Shown here piece by piece: positions 52,496 to 64,000 of a DNA stretch of 64,000 bases (its first letter is position 1; every line of letters begins with the position of its first letter). Source of the DNA: Eledone cirrhosa (lineage: Eukaryota); contig OZ024761.1 in NCBI GenBank assembly GCA_964016885.1, positions 15,934,001 through 15,998,000 on the forward strand, read 5' to 3'. The position numbers were made by a program, and so were the translations under genes. Under the pieces are notes generated by a model. The model ran no database searches and was not told the origin of the DNA. It saw only the letters and a list, made by a program, of their open reading frames with translations.

Positions 52496-54970
52496 CACAG
52501 GTTCTCAACCCATTTAGGTCAAACATGGGTGTCTTGTCTTTTGTCCCTCGAAATCACGAAACGCGCCCCTACCTTATTTTTCCATTTTTCAATATACTAC
52601 TGATTTTGATATCAGTAGATTACTAAAAAATTGATTAACAATATTCCAAAGATACCATTGCAGGCAGCTGATACTATTCCTTGAAAGGAAATATATAAAT
52701 TTAAAAAAAAGGAACATAAATGTTCTTTTTTATGAATAAGGACCAGTTGAATTTGTTATATTCCCACCAGGCGATACCAGCTATTTTGAACATTTATACA
52801 AGAGCAACTCTGTCTATCCAAAGAGTGCTCTTATCTGGAAGAAAGTGGCAATTATATCATTTCAAAGCTTTCCAATTTTCCCTTTAATGAAACGGTCAGA
52901 ATAAATGTTGATATCTAACTTGATGTCCTCTCCGCTTTGTGAGCTTAGAGGCCATGGAAGAGGGTTTTCATGACCACATAAGAGGGTATATTTATTAGTA
53001 AGTGATAAAATATATACAACAAATGAGTAAGTGAAATGTGGTAGATAGTTTCCAGTCCAGTCAGACTGCAACTACAAATAAAAAAATTGTTAGTTTGCTT
53101 TGTAACAATAGCATATCCAAGTTTTCGGATAAATCAAATTACTTTAATTTGACCTCATTTCAATGGAACCCTTGAGCTTCATGGAGTCTAGCTAACGTGA
53201 AGCTGAATTTTTGTAAGATGTAGCCAGAGATCTCCATTGTAGCGGTTGCAAGACTTACTGTGCAGTCTGGAAACAGCACCAAACCTCCTCTCAACTAAGT
53301 ATGAGCTTTGAAAAGGCAGAACAAATCTCTTAGCCTCTGCATGTAGGAGTGGAAATCGACGCTAAATTTCCTCTTGCATCCAAAAAAGGGGTTCACCTAT
53401 TTTGGGAAATCTAATTTTGATCATGTCATCTGTTTGAAGTTCAATGAATTCTTCCTGAAAATTAACGTCCAAATCGTCAACGGTAGCTATGAAGGGATCT
53501 GCTATCCACATTGGGATGTCCATCAGCAAAAGGTCAACAAACTGTTCTCTCATGTTGTCTTGTAGCGCACGGCGGTGAGTGGTATAAATTTGGAGTTGGT
53601 CATCGCTTACAATGTTTTGAACATTGGCGACACTAGCAAAATTATAGAATTCCCGTCAACAAAGATTCCTTTCGATGACATTCAATTTGGCCAGGAATGT
53701 TTTCACAGCATTCCTTGCTTTAAGTATGGTGATCTTCTTCCCCTGCAAAGCCATAATAACGCTATTGCATTTGTCGAAGATGTCGGCGAGGGTTTTCTTG
53801 CACAGTCCTGTGTTGTGTCCTTGAAGAAACTCAATGATAGAGTCGAACAGTTCAAAGGAGTAAGGCACTTGCCCTTTGAAAGCCACCTCACTTCAGTATG
53901 AAGGAGCAACTTGACGAATTCTTCATCATTATCTTGGCACAGTTGCCGGAAAATTCGTTCATTGAGGGAATGGCATTTGATAAAATTGATGACATCAATG
54001 GCCACCTGCAAGGACTTGCTCAGCGGCTCGCTGAGTTTCTTCGCAGCCAAGTGTTGAATGACACAATGAACAACAAATACAGATACATTTTCTCTCTTCA
54101 GAAGAGTGACTATTGCTCTTGCGTCGTCCGTAGTACATGATACAATGTGTGTTGTATTTGGTCCTAGTTGTATGTATTACCTGCCTGAGTGTTGTATGTA
54201 ATCCTAGATGTATGTATTACCTACTTATGTATTGCATGTGGTCCCAGCTGTATGTATTACCTGCTTGTGTGTTGTATGTGGTCCTAGATGTGTGTATTAC
54301 CTCCTTTTGTGTTGTATGTGGTCCTAGATGTATGTATTACCTGATTATGTGTTGTATGTGGTCCTAGATGTTTGTATTGGCAGTATTGGTAGAGGGTCAG
54401 ACATGCTTTCCAGCATAGTTATGTCCCTTTACGATCTGAGTTCAAATCCCACCAAGGTTAACTTTGCCTTTCACCCTTACAGGGTCGATAAAATAAACTA
54501 CCAATAATGTACTGGGTAATTGCTGGCCTTGTGCCAAAAGTAGAAACAATTATGTGTTGTATGTGGTCCTAGATGTATGTATTACCTGCCTGTGTGTTGT
54601 ATGTGGTCCTAGATGAGTGTGCTACCTGATTATGTGTTGTATGTGGTCCTAGATGTTTGTATTACCTGCTTATGTGTTGTATGTGGTCCTAGATGTGTGT
54701 ATTACCTGCTTTATGTGTTGTATGTGGTCCTAGATGTGTGTGCTACCTGATTATGTGTTTCATGTGGTCCTAGATGTGTGTATTACCTGCTTATGTGTTT
54801 CATGTGGTCCTAGATGTGTGTATTACCTGCTTATGTGTAGTATGTAGTCCTAGATGTGTGTGTTACCTGATTATGTGTTGTATGTGGTCCTAGATGTGTG
54901 TGCTACCCGCTTCTGTGTTTTTTCTTTTCTTTTTTTTTATTTGTAATATTATTTATATAATAGGGAATAA
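52496..54970 (-). mobile_element. hAT (Buster/Charlie) transposon remnant with transposase pseudogene (about 53200-54130) and internal 40-bp minisatellite
   Basis: HCVIQHLAAKKL...LLLHTEVRWLSKGKCL...SSYLVERRF. Terminus cacaggttctcaac at 52496. 54870-54970 and 52538-52555 match the copy at 4282-4903. Confidence 0.88.
54140..54910. repeat. 40-bp minisatellite inside the hAT element, interrupted by a SINE
   Basis: tgtgttgtatgtggtcctagatgtatgtattacctgctta. Confidence 0.9.
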
Positions 54971-56419
54971 TTTTTGACAAGATTTTTTTTTTTTCGTTAT
55001 CAGGCAGAAAATCAACAAATATGCTGGCAGACAGGAACCACTCCTAACAATGGTAAAAAATGCAGAAGCTCACTTGCCTCCTTGTATGGTAAGTTAGGGT
55101 TATGGTCCTCATATCCTGCCACCAAACTCCTTCCACACTCCCAATGACTCCCTGTCTAAAAACCTATCCCCCAGATCATGGGGGAGGAGAGCAAAGGTGT
55201 GGCAGGCAAAGAAATTTCTGGTCTGTCTGATAACATGAAAGAACCAGACATGTCACAACACCAGGGGAATAGAAACCAGTAACAACTGGCTGCACCAGCA
55301 GTGGGAACTTAATGTTGATGATGGTGAAGATGACGATGATGGTGATGATGAAAGGCATTACATCTTTTTGTAACATTTAGATGTACACCTCATGTACCCT
55401 TTAAAAAAAAAGAGAAAAAAAAAGGAAAGTGTAGGGTGTGCTTTGATAGAGAGATTAGATTTGGTGGTTATTTTGAGCAGGTCAAGTAACCATGTAGAGG
55501 CATTGCATGATAAGTTGCAACTGAAAGTCCTAAATATCTTTGGATGGTGGTGGTGGTGATGATGATGATTGTGCAAATGGGTCATCAGATAATTCATTTT
55601 ATTTCGCTCTCTCTTGTACAGATTAACATGCAACACACACATATGCATATACATACATATATACACACAGAAACACACACACATATTGTATATATACATA
55701 TATTTATAAACAATGACACATATCAAGGTTTCTCAGTACAAACACAAACATACATGTGTGTGTGTGTGTGTATTATCATCATCGTTTTTACGTCCACTTA
55801 AAAACGATGATGATGATGATATATACATATATTTATAGAGAGTGAGATATAGATATATATATGTATGCATATATATATATATATAAGTGTATGTGCATGT
55901 ATATATATTTATATGTGTGTATTTATAGTGCAATATATTCTGACCTCTCCAAACAGGATTTTAGATATTATAATCTGACATTGTTCATATTTCTTACATT
56001 CTAACAATCCCTGAACAAATCTGAATCAGTTGTTGTGATTATTATTATTATTATTATTATTTCGTTTCTTTTAACCCCTGACCCTTTTACTTTTCTTTTT
56101 TCAACCTGCATAAAAAAAACCCCACCTATTTTTCTATAACACAGAAGCTGTTTATTTTAAAGTGTTTTATCATCATCATCACCATCATTATCACCATAAC
56201 CATCACCACCACCATCACCACCATCATCATCAATACCATCAGCATCATTACCATCATCATCATCATCACAATTATTGTCGTTACTGTTTTACATCTACTT
56301 TACGTGCTCAAACCTTCCATCATAATCTTTTGCAAGAACCTTCATTAAGTTATGTTCCAAACACCAGCTTAATAATGAGAACTTAGTTATATTACTTAAT
56401 CCCTCCAAATTCTTGATTT

Positions 56420-56755
56420 TGGTGGAACCTCGGTTCACAAACTTAATTCTTTCCTGAAAGCCGTTTGTGACCCGAAATGTTTGTAAGTCGAAACTATTTT
56501 TACCATACCAAATGTTGAGAGATAAAATACTGGGAGAGAGTGAGAGAGAGACTGTGTGAAATACAGATAGATATCACCACAGTAACTAACTACACAGCAA
56601 GTGATCCTTTCTTGCTGATACTCCAAGCTTGTCGCCAGCTTGCATGTTTGTTACTCAAGACACCATTCATGAACTGAAACGTTTTATATTCGGAAATATT
56701 GTTTGTGAACGAATTTGTTCATGATGAGAGGCATTCGTGAATTGGGGTTCCACTC
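56420..56755. mobile_element. Tigger/pogo-like MITE nested in another TTAA-type MITE
   Basis: TIRs gtggaacctcggttcacaaa / ttcgtgaattggggttccac, followed by TA. Confidence 0.7.
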
Positions 56756-56969
56756 TATTTTCAAAATGATTTGAAAATCCTAGGCAGCAGTGTCTTTCAA
56801 TAGAAATATGGTTGAAAAAGTGTTCATGTTTATTCATAGAGGAGAGAGTAATAATGACTAAGACCCTTTTCGAAGACTTCCAAGAGAGAAATGTAGTATT
56901 ATCAAACCAGAGATCTGGCTCAAATACTTGCAACAGAATGGACCCCACTAAAGGCACTCAAGTAGCCAG

Positions 56970-58428
56970 ATGGTGGTGTTGGTGTTGGTAGCAGTGGTAG
57001 TGTTATTGGTAGTGGTAATGGTGATGATGATGATGATGTTGGCTGTGGTGGTAGTTGATGTTGGTGGTGATTGTAGTGCAGGTGGTAGTGTTATTGGTGG
57101 TGATGGTGTTGGCTGTGGTGGTAGTTGATGTTGGTGGTGATTGTAGTGCAGGTGGTAGTGTTATTGGTGGTGATGGTGGTAATGGTGAGGATGATGGTGT
57201 TGGCTGTGGTGGTAGTTGATGTTGGTGGTGATTGTAGTGCAGGTGGTAGTGTTATTGGTGGTGATGATCGTGGTGGTAATGGTGAGGATGATGGTGTTGG
57301 CTGTGGTGGTAGTTGATGTTGGTGGTGATTGTAGTGCAGGTGGTAGTGTTATTGGTGGTGATGGTCGTGGTGGTGAGGATGATGGTGTTGGCTGTGGTGG
57401 TAGTTGATGTTGGTGGTGATGGTAGTGCAGGTGGTAGTGTTATTGGTGGTGATGGTGGTAATGGTGAGGATGATGGTGTTGGCTGTGGTGGTAGTTGATG
57501 TTGGTGGTGATTGTAGTGCAGGTGGTAGTGTTATTGGTGGTGATGGTCGTGGTGGTAATGGTGAGGATGATGGTGTTGGCTGTGGTGGTAGTTGATGTTG
57601 GTGGTAATGGTAGTGCAGGTGGTAGTGTTATTGGTGGTGATGGTGTTGGCTGTGGTTGTAGTTGATGTTGGTGGTGATTGTAGTGCAGGTGGTAGTGTTA
57701 TTGGTGGTGATGGTGGTAATGGTGAGGATGATGGTGTTGGCTGTGGTGGTAGTTGATGTTGGTGGTGATTGTAGTGCAGGTGGTAGTGTTATTGGTGGGG
57801 ATGGTGGTGGTGGTAATGGTGAGGATGATGGTGTTGGCTGTGGTGGTAGTTGATGTTGGTGGTGATTGTAGTGCAGGTGGTAGTGTTATTGGTGGTGATG
57901 GTGGTAATGGTGAGGATGATGGTGTTGGCTGTGGTGGTAGTTGATGTTGGTGGTGATGGTAGTGCAGGTGGTAGTGTTATTGGTGGTGATGGTCGTGGTG
58001 GTAATGGTGAGGATGATGGTGTTGGCTGTGGTGGTAGTTGATGTTGGTGGTGATTGTAGTGCAGGTGGTAGTGTTATTGGTGGTGATGGTGGTGATGGTG
58101 AGGATGATGGTGTTGGCTGTGGTGGTAGTTGATGTTGGTGGTGATTGTAGTGCAGGTGGTAGTGTTATTGGTGGTGATGGTGGTGGTGGTAATGGTGAGG
58201 ATGATGGTGTTGGCTGTGGTGGTAGTTGATGTTGGTGGTGATTGTAGTGCAGGTGGTAGTGTTATTGGTGGTGATGGTCGTGGTGGTGATGGTGAGGATG
58301 ATGGTGTTGGCTGTGGTGGTAGTTGATGTTGGTTGTGATGGTAGTGCAGGTGGTAGTGTTATTGGTGGTGATGGTAGTGCAGGTGGTAGTGTTATTGGTG
58401 GTGATGGTAGTGCAGGTGGTAGTGTTAA
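56970..58428. repeat. GGT/GAT-based satellite with 91/97-bp units
   Basis: gatggtgttggctgtggtggtagttgatgttggtggtgattgtagtgcaggtggtagtgttattggtggt recurring. Confidence 0.95.
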
Positions 58429-58530
58429 TTTGAGTGATGGATTAAGTCTAACATCCAAGTAAGCCACATCAAGATTTAAACTCAGGGGGTAATGTGTTAG
58501 AGAAAACTGTAAGGCAATTCCGCCAAAGCC

Positions 58531-60030
58531 CTGCCTTGGACTGGGACCTCTACCAAACCACTGCCTTGGACTGGGACCTCTACCAAACCACTGCCTTGGA
58601 CTGGGACTTCTACCAAACCACTGCCTTGGACTGGGACCTCTACCAAACCACTGCCTTGGACTGGGACCTCTACCAAACCACTGCCTTGGACTGGGACTTC
58701 TACCAAACCACTGCCTTGGACTGGGACTTCTACCAAACCACTGCCTTGGACTGGGACCTCTACCAAACCACTGCCTTGGACTGGGACTTCTACCAAACCA
58801 CTGCCTTGGACTGGGACTTCTACCAAACCACTGCCTTGGACTGGGACCTCTACCAAACCACTGCCTTGGACTGGGACCTCTACCAAACCACTGCCTTGGA
58901 CTGGGACTTCTACCAAACCACTGCCTTGGACTGGGACTTCTACCAGACCACTGCCTTGGACTGGGACTTCTACCAAACCACCGCCTTGGACTGGGACTTC
59001 TACCAAACCACCGCCTTGGACTGGGACTTCTACCAAACCACTGCCTTGGACTGGGACTTCTACCAAACCACTGCCTTGGACTGGGACTTCTACCAAACCA
59101 CTGCCTTGGACTGGGACCTCTACCAAACCACTGCCTTGGACTGGGACCTCTACCAAACCACTGCCTTGGACTGGGACTTCTACCAAACCACTGCCTTGGA
59201 CTGGGACTTCTACCAGACCACTGCCTTGGACTGGGACTTCTACCAAACCACCGCCTTGGACTGGGACTTCTACCAAACCACCGCCTTGGACTGGGACTTC
59301 TACCAAACCACTGCCTTGGACTGGGACTTCTACCAAACCACTGCCTTGGACTGGGACTTCTACCAAACCACTGCCTTGGACTGGGACTTCTACCAAACCA
59401 CTGCCTTGGACTGGGACTTCTACCAAACCACTGCCTTGGACTGGGACTTCTACCAAACCACTGCCTTGGACTGGGACTTCTACCAGACCACTGCCTTGGA
59501 CTGGGACTTCTACCAAACCACCGCCTTGGACTGGGACCTCTACCAAACCACCGCCTTGGACTGGGACTTCTACCAAACCACCGCCTTGGACTGGGACTTC
59601 TACCAAACCACCGCCTTGGACTAGGAGTTCTACCAGACCACTGCCTTGGACTGGGACTTCTACGAAACCACTGCCTTGGACTGGGACTTCTACCAAACCA
59701 CCGCCTTGGACTAGGAGTTCTACCAGACCACTGCCTTGGACTGGGACTTCTACCAGACCACTGCCTTGGACTGGGACTTCTATCAAACCACTGCCTTGGA
59801 CTGGAACTTCTACCAGACCACTGCCTTGGACTGGGACTTCTACCAGACCACTGCCTTGGACTGGGACTTCTACCAAACCACTGCCTTGGACTGGGACTTC
59901 TACCAAACCACTGCCTTGGACTGGGACCTCTACCAAACCACTGCCTTGGACTGGGACTTCTACCAGACCACTGCCTTGGACTAGGACTTCTACCAAACCA
60001 TTGCCTAGGACTGGGACTGCTATCAAACCA
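58531..60030. repeat. 30-bp minisatellite, 50 units
   Basis: ctgccttggactgggacttctaccaaacca in exact 30-bp phase. Confidence 0.98.
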
Positions 60031-60694
60031 CAACTTTGAACTGGGACTTTATTTCATTGACCTTGAAAGGATGAGAAGCAAAGTTGACGTTGGCGGGACT
60101 AAAATACAGAACACAGAAAGAACCAAAGCAAATACACCGAGGTAAAGGAATTACTAATCCTTCGTACACCATCTTGATTTGCGATTTGAGGATTAGGGAC
60201 CACAAAAAGGGCAGGGGAAAAAAAATGGGTTACATCTCATCAATATGTAGGTTTAGCTAGCCTCCTACAAGGTTGAATCTAATAGGAGATTTCTTGGGTA
60301 TTTTAATGAGAGAAGCCACAGGCCTATTATACATGCAGCACGTTTGTTTTTTAATTTTCGGCAAAGCCAGCCGTAAAATTGTTTGGTATGCAAATGAGGC
60401 TAATCAGCCGATGTATACATTTGAGAATACTATGTATTTTCAGCAGTTCCAGCATGTAGTAGCAAGCAGAATACACAATCTTGACAAGGAGCAATACACT
60501 CTGAAACAATTGCCAATTGTCGATTGTATTCTATCAGTTACCGCTGGAACAAAAGGATGACGTTGTCATCTAACACGAGGTGTTTATGAGGCTGTTTGCT
60601 TGCAAACAAACCGAATATTAATAATATTATAATAATCCCGCCAAGGTTAACTTTGCCTTTCATCCTTACGAGGTCGATAAAATAAAGTACCAGT

Positions 60695-60725
<31 letters not shown>

Positions 60726-62063
60726 GTTTAACGTCCACATTCCACGCTTGCATGGGTTTGGATGGGAGTTTTCCCACTTGAGGCAAGAGTGGTTGTCTTG
60801 CTCGCATAGGACTGTCTGGTGGGTTTTCTACAGCTGGATGCCCTTCCTAACACCAACCACATTTACAGTGTGGGACTGGGAGGTTTTTACCGTGTTACCT
60901 ACACGGCCACATTACAGCGTGGACTGTGTGTTTTTTTTTTGTCATGACACCTACACGACCTCATTTGTTTCAGCCTGGATGTTGTGGCACCAACATAACT
61001 TAATGTACTGGGTAATTGCTGACCTTGTGCCGAAAGTAGAAACAATTATTATAATATAATAATATTTCGTTTTTGAATTTGTTTTGTAAGATTTCTTATC
61101 TGAAAACGTGTGTTGAAACAAATATTGTTATAGTCTGGGAGGGTCATGCTGCCAATAAAAACACACGCACCTGTTGGTTTTCACTTCAATTTATTATATA
61201 TTTCCGGTTGGTTGGTTCAATAATCGAAAGGTTGTTTATATATTGTCAAAGCTCCTTCATCACACATTCTGTAACCTCCTCAGTAACTAGGTATTTATTT
61301 AGTGTCTCTCCTTTGTTCTGTCCTACACCATCTTGTTTTTGTGTGTTGTATAATATTATTATTATTCATTCACGAATACATATCATCATCATCATCATCA
61401 TCATCATTTTACGTCCACTTTTCCCTGCTTGCAAGGGTGGGACGGGAACTGATTCTGGCTTGATTTCTACAGCTGGATGCCCTTCCTAACACCAACCTCA
61501 TTTACAGTGAGTGCTGGGTGCTTTTTTGCCATGGCACCTCCACGACCACTTTGCAGTGGAGTGATAGGGACCCCAGTCATCTCATTTCTACAGCTGAGTA
61601 AACTGGAGCAATGTGAAATAAAGTGTCTTGCTCAAGGAAACAACACATCACCCGGTCTGAGAATTGAACTCACAACCTTTCGATTGCAAGGCCAACGCTC
61701 TAACCACTAAGCCATGTGCCTCCATATTTTTTTGCTACATATATATGTAGCAAAAATATCCATGGGAAGGAATAAGGAAAAAAAGTGCTCAATCTACTGC
61801 AATAGAGCTGATTTAGCATTTATTAATGTCCACACAGTAAACTTTTATCATGCTACCTAAGGTTTCATGGTCTAGCTATGGCCACCATGACTGACTGCAT
61901 ACACTGGTGAGATGGTGTGGAGGAGTATTTAAAAAAAACTTCATAAAGCACAAGCATATAATATACATGTATATATGTCTGTGTGTGTATGTGTGTGAAT
62001 GTATGTGCGTGTGTCTGGATAGATAGATAGATATGAAACAGCATGTTTCATTATAATATACAG

Positions 62064-62419
62064 CAGAGGTTCTCAAAGTGGGTGTTACCACCCAACCCCG
62101 GGTGGGGCGTTGAGAAGTTCCAAGGAGAATGCTGGGACCTAAAGGCCCATGAGGAGGGGGGGGCGTAGAGATGGTAAAATAGTATATTAAATATCAAATG
62201 ATACGTATTATATATAAATATAGTAAAATAAAAAATATATATATTTTTATACATAGTATATATTAAATTATAATATATATAAATTAATGATTTTATCTAT
62301 TATATGTTATTTACAATTTGCATGCATGCAGGTCTCTCTGGAAATAGGGTTGATGGGGTGCTGAGTGTATTGCATGGCCATGAGGGGTGGCTATGGCCCA
62401 AGAAGTTTGAGAACTTCTG
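62064..62419. mobile_element. hAT MITE, 356 bp, with perfect 8-bp TSD
   Basis: TIRs cagaggttctcaaa / tttgagaacttctg. ATATACAG at 62056-62063 and 62420-62427. Confidence 0.9.
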
Positions 62420-62726
62420 ATATACAGTATCTTGGTTTAGATAGTAGGATCCCATGTTAGTCAACCTCAGCCGGCTTATTTCCATATGTAAATTTGTTTG
62501 CTCATGGTAACGCACCCTTCTCTTTTGAACTATTTAGCTATTTAATAAATAAGACATATAATTGTAAGTATAATATAATAGCAACACACATATATATATA
62601 CCCATATATTCACACTCGCCCATACAAACTTATATATGTATGTATAATAACGAGTTTACTCAATAAAACAGGTCATTACAGATCATACAGTGTCTACATG
62701 CATGCCTGTGTATTTATATATATATA

Positions 62727-63058
62727 TCATCATCATCATCATTATTTTACGTCTGCTTCTCCATGCTTGCAAGGGTGGGGTGGGTCCTATTCAGTACAGT
62801 ATCTCTCCACTTGTCACAGTCCTTCGTCATCTCCACCGTGAGCTTCAGTGATGTGAGGTCTGCTCTCACCACCTCCGCCCATGTTTTTCGTGGTCTTCCT
62901 CTACTGCGTCTTCCTTCTACTCAGATTTCTTGGCACTTCTTTACCCAGCGGTCATCCTCCATGCGCATCACATGTCCATACCATCTCAGTCTTCTCTCCC
63001 GTATACCACAACTTATCCCCTTTATACAGTCTCTCTCTCAACTCATCTATGCTTCGTC
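62727..63058 (-). mobile_element. RTE LINE 3' end (subfamily of 49275-50687)
   Basis: Closely similar to 49275-49600. Confidence 0.88.
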
Positions 63059-63124
63059 GTATATATATTATATGTGTATATATAATACATATACATATAA
63101 TATATATGTATATATATCTATCTA

Positions 63125-63393
63125 TCTAAGGCGGGTAAAATTCCCGAGATCCATGGACGAGTTCTCTCCAGCGGTCTCTGTCCCTCATTATCGCTGCAAT
63201 ATCCTGCATCTCCAACAGACCAGTGTCTGTCCTTAGGGCATCAACATATGTTAACCTTGGTCTTCCTCTTCTAGTGTGTCCATGTAGGGGCTCCCAAAGG
63301 AGCACTGAGTGCAATGTCAACTCTGGATGTCGGTGAGCATGTCCAGCCAACCTCAGTCTCCTCTGTGTCACTTTTGAGCTGACTTTTGGGATG
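63125..63393 (-). mobile_element. Near-identical second copy of the 29424 LINE 3' end
   Basis: Only a handful of substitutions versus 29424-29692; same 3' boundary. Confidence 0.85.
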
Positions 63394-63830
63394 TATATAT
63401 ATATAATATATATATAATACACACACACATATATATAATATATATATATAACACAACCGAAAGGTTGTGAGTTCAATTCTCAGACCGGGTGATGTGTTGT
63501 TTCCTTGAGCAAGACACTTTATTTCACATTGCTCCAGTTTACTCAGCTGTAGAAATGAGATGATAGGGACTGGGGTCCATATCATTCCACTACAAAGTGG
63601 TCGTGGAGGTGCCACGGCAAAAAAGCACCCAGCACTCAGTGTAAATGAGGTTGGTGTTAGGAAGGGCATCCAGCTGTAGAAATCCAGCCAGAATCAGTTC
63701 CCGTCCCACCCTTGCAAGCAGGGAAAAAGCGGACGTAAAAATGAAATGATGATGAATGATGATATATATATATATTATATATATATAATACATATATATC
63801 ATGATGATGATGATATATATATATATATAT

Positions 63831-63862
<32 letters not shown>

Positions 63863-64000
63863 TAGTACAGACTAGCCGACCTTCCATGGGTACAAGCTAA
63901 AGCATATAGACAATATGCCCCCACACCCTCCCACTGTAAAGTGGACGTGTAGGCACCACAGAAAAAAGCACCCAGCACTCACTGTAAATGAGGTTGGTGT

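Noticed and set aside
58531-60030. CRISPR-like regular 30-bp repeats (also the 48-bp and 19-bp arrays)
   Set aside because: Units are contiguous with no unique spacers; eukaryotic context; no cas genes.
58165-60033. 622-, 509- and 376-aa ORFs such as (WFGRSPSPRQ)n
   Set aside because: A stop-free 30-bp unit is open in several frames on both strands, with no splice or domain context.
60273-60560. 95-aa and 138-aa ORFs in the unique islands
   Set aside because: Non-ATG starts, no recognisable motif, and antisense to the inferred host gene.

Overview
AT-rich, repeat-saturated animal DNA. The SINE/RTE repertoire looks like an octopod cephalopod, which is my inference from recalled repeat families. 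The window appears to be almost all intron of one minus-strand host gene, a novel PKC (epsilon/eta type). The gene is seen as a 67-nt exon (28696-28762; end of the C2 domain) and a candidate 36-nt frame-preserving mini-exon (10067-10102). The rest is non-LTR retroelement fragments (three RTE-group families, R4/Dong-like, Tx1/L1-like, Penelope-like), two tRNA-derived SINE families, DNA transposons and MITEs (mariner, hAT Buster/Charlie, piggyBac-like TTAA, Tigger-like, Helitron-like), micro- and minisatellites, and short perfect palindromes. Nearly all long ORFs in the track are repeat artefacts. Highlights: (1) nine hammerhead-ribozyme motifs with recognisable core and stems plus two broken ones, several in Penelope-type inverted-end structures and five in the sense of the host pre-mRNA; (2) an RTE LINE family with a C4HC3 PHD finger embedded inside its reverse transcriptase; (3) the candidate PKC mini-exon; (4) Rex3/Expander-like and MER1-like elements resembling vertebrate families; (5) several minisatellites born from transposon termini. 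All calls were made by eye; family names come from recalled motifs, not database searches.
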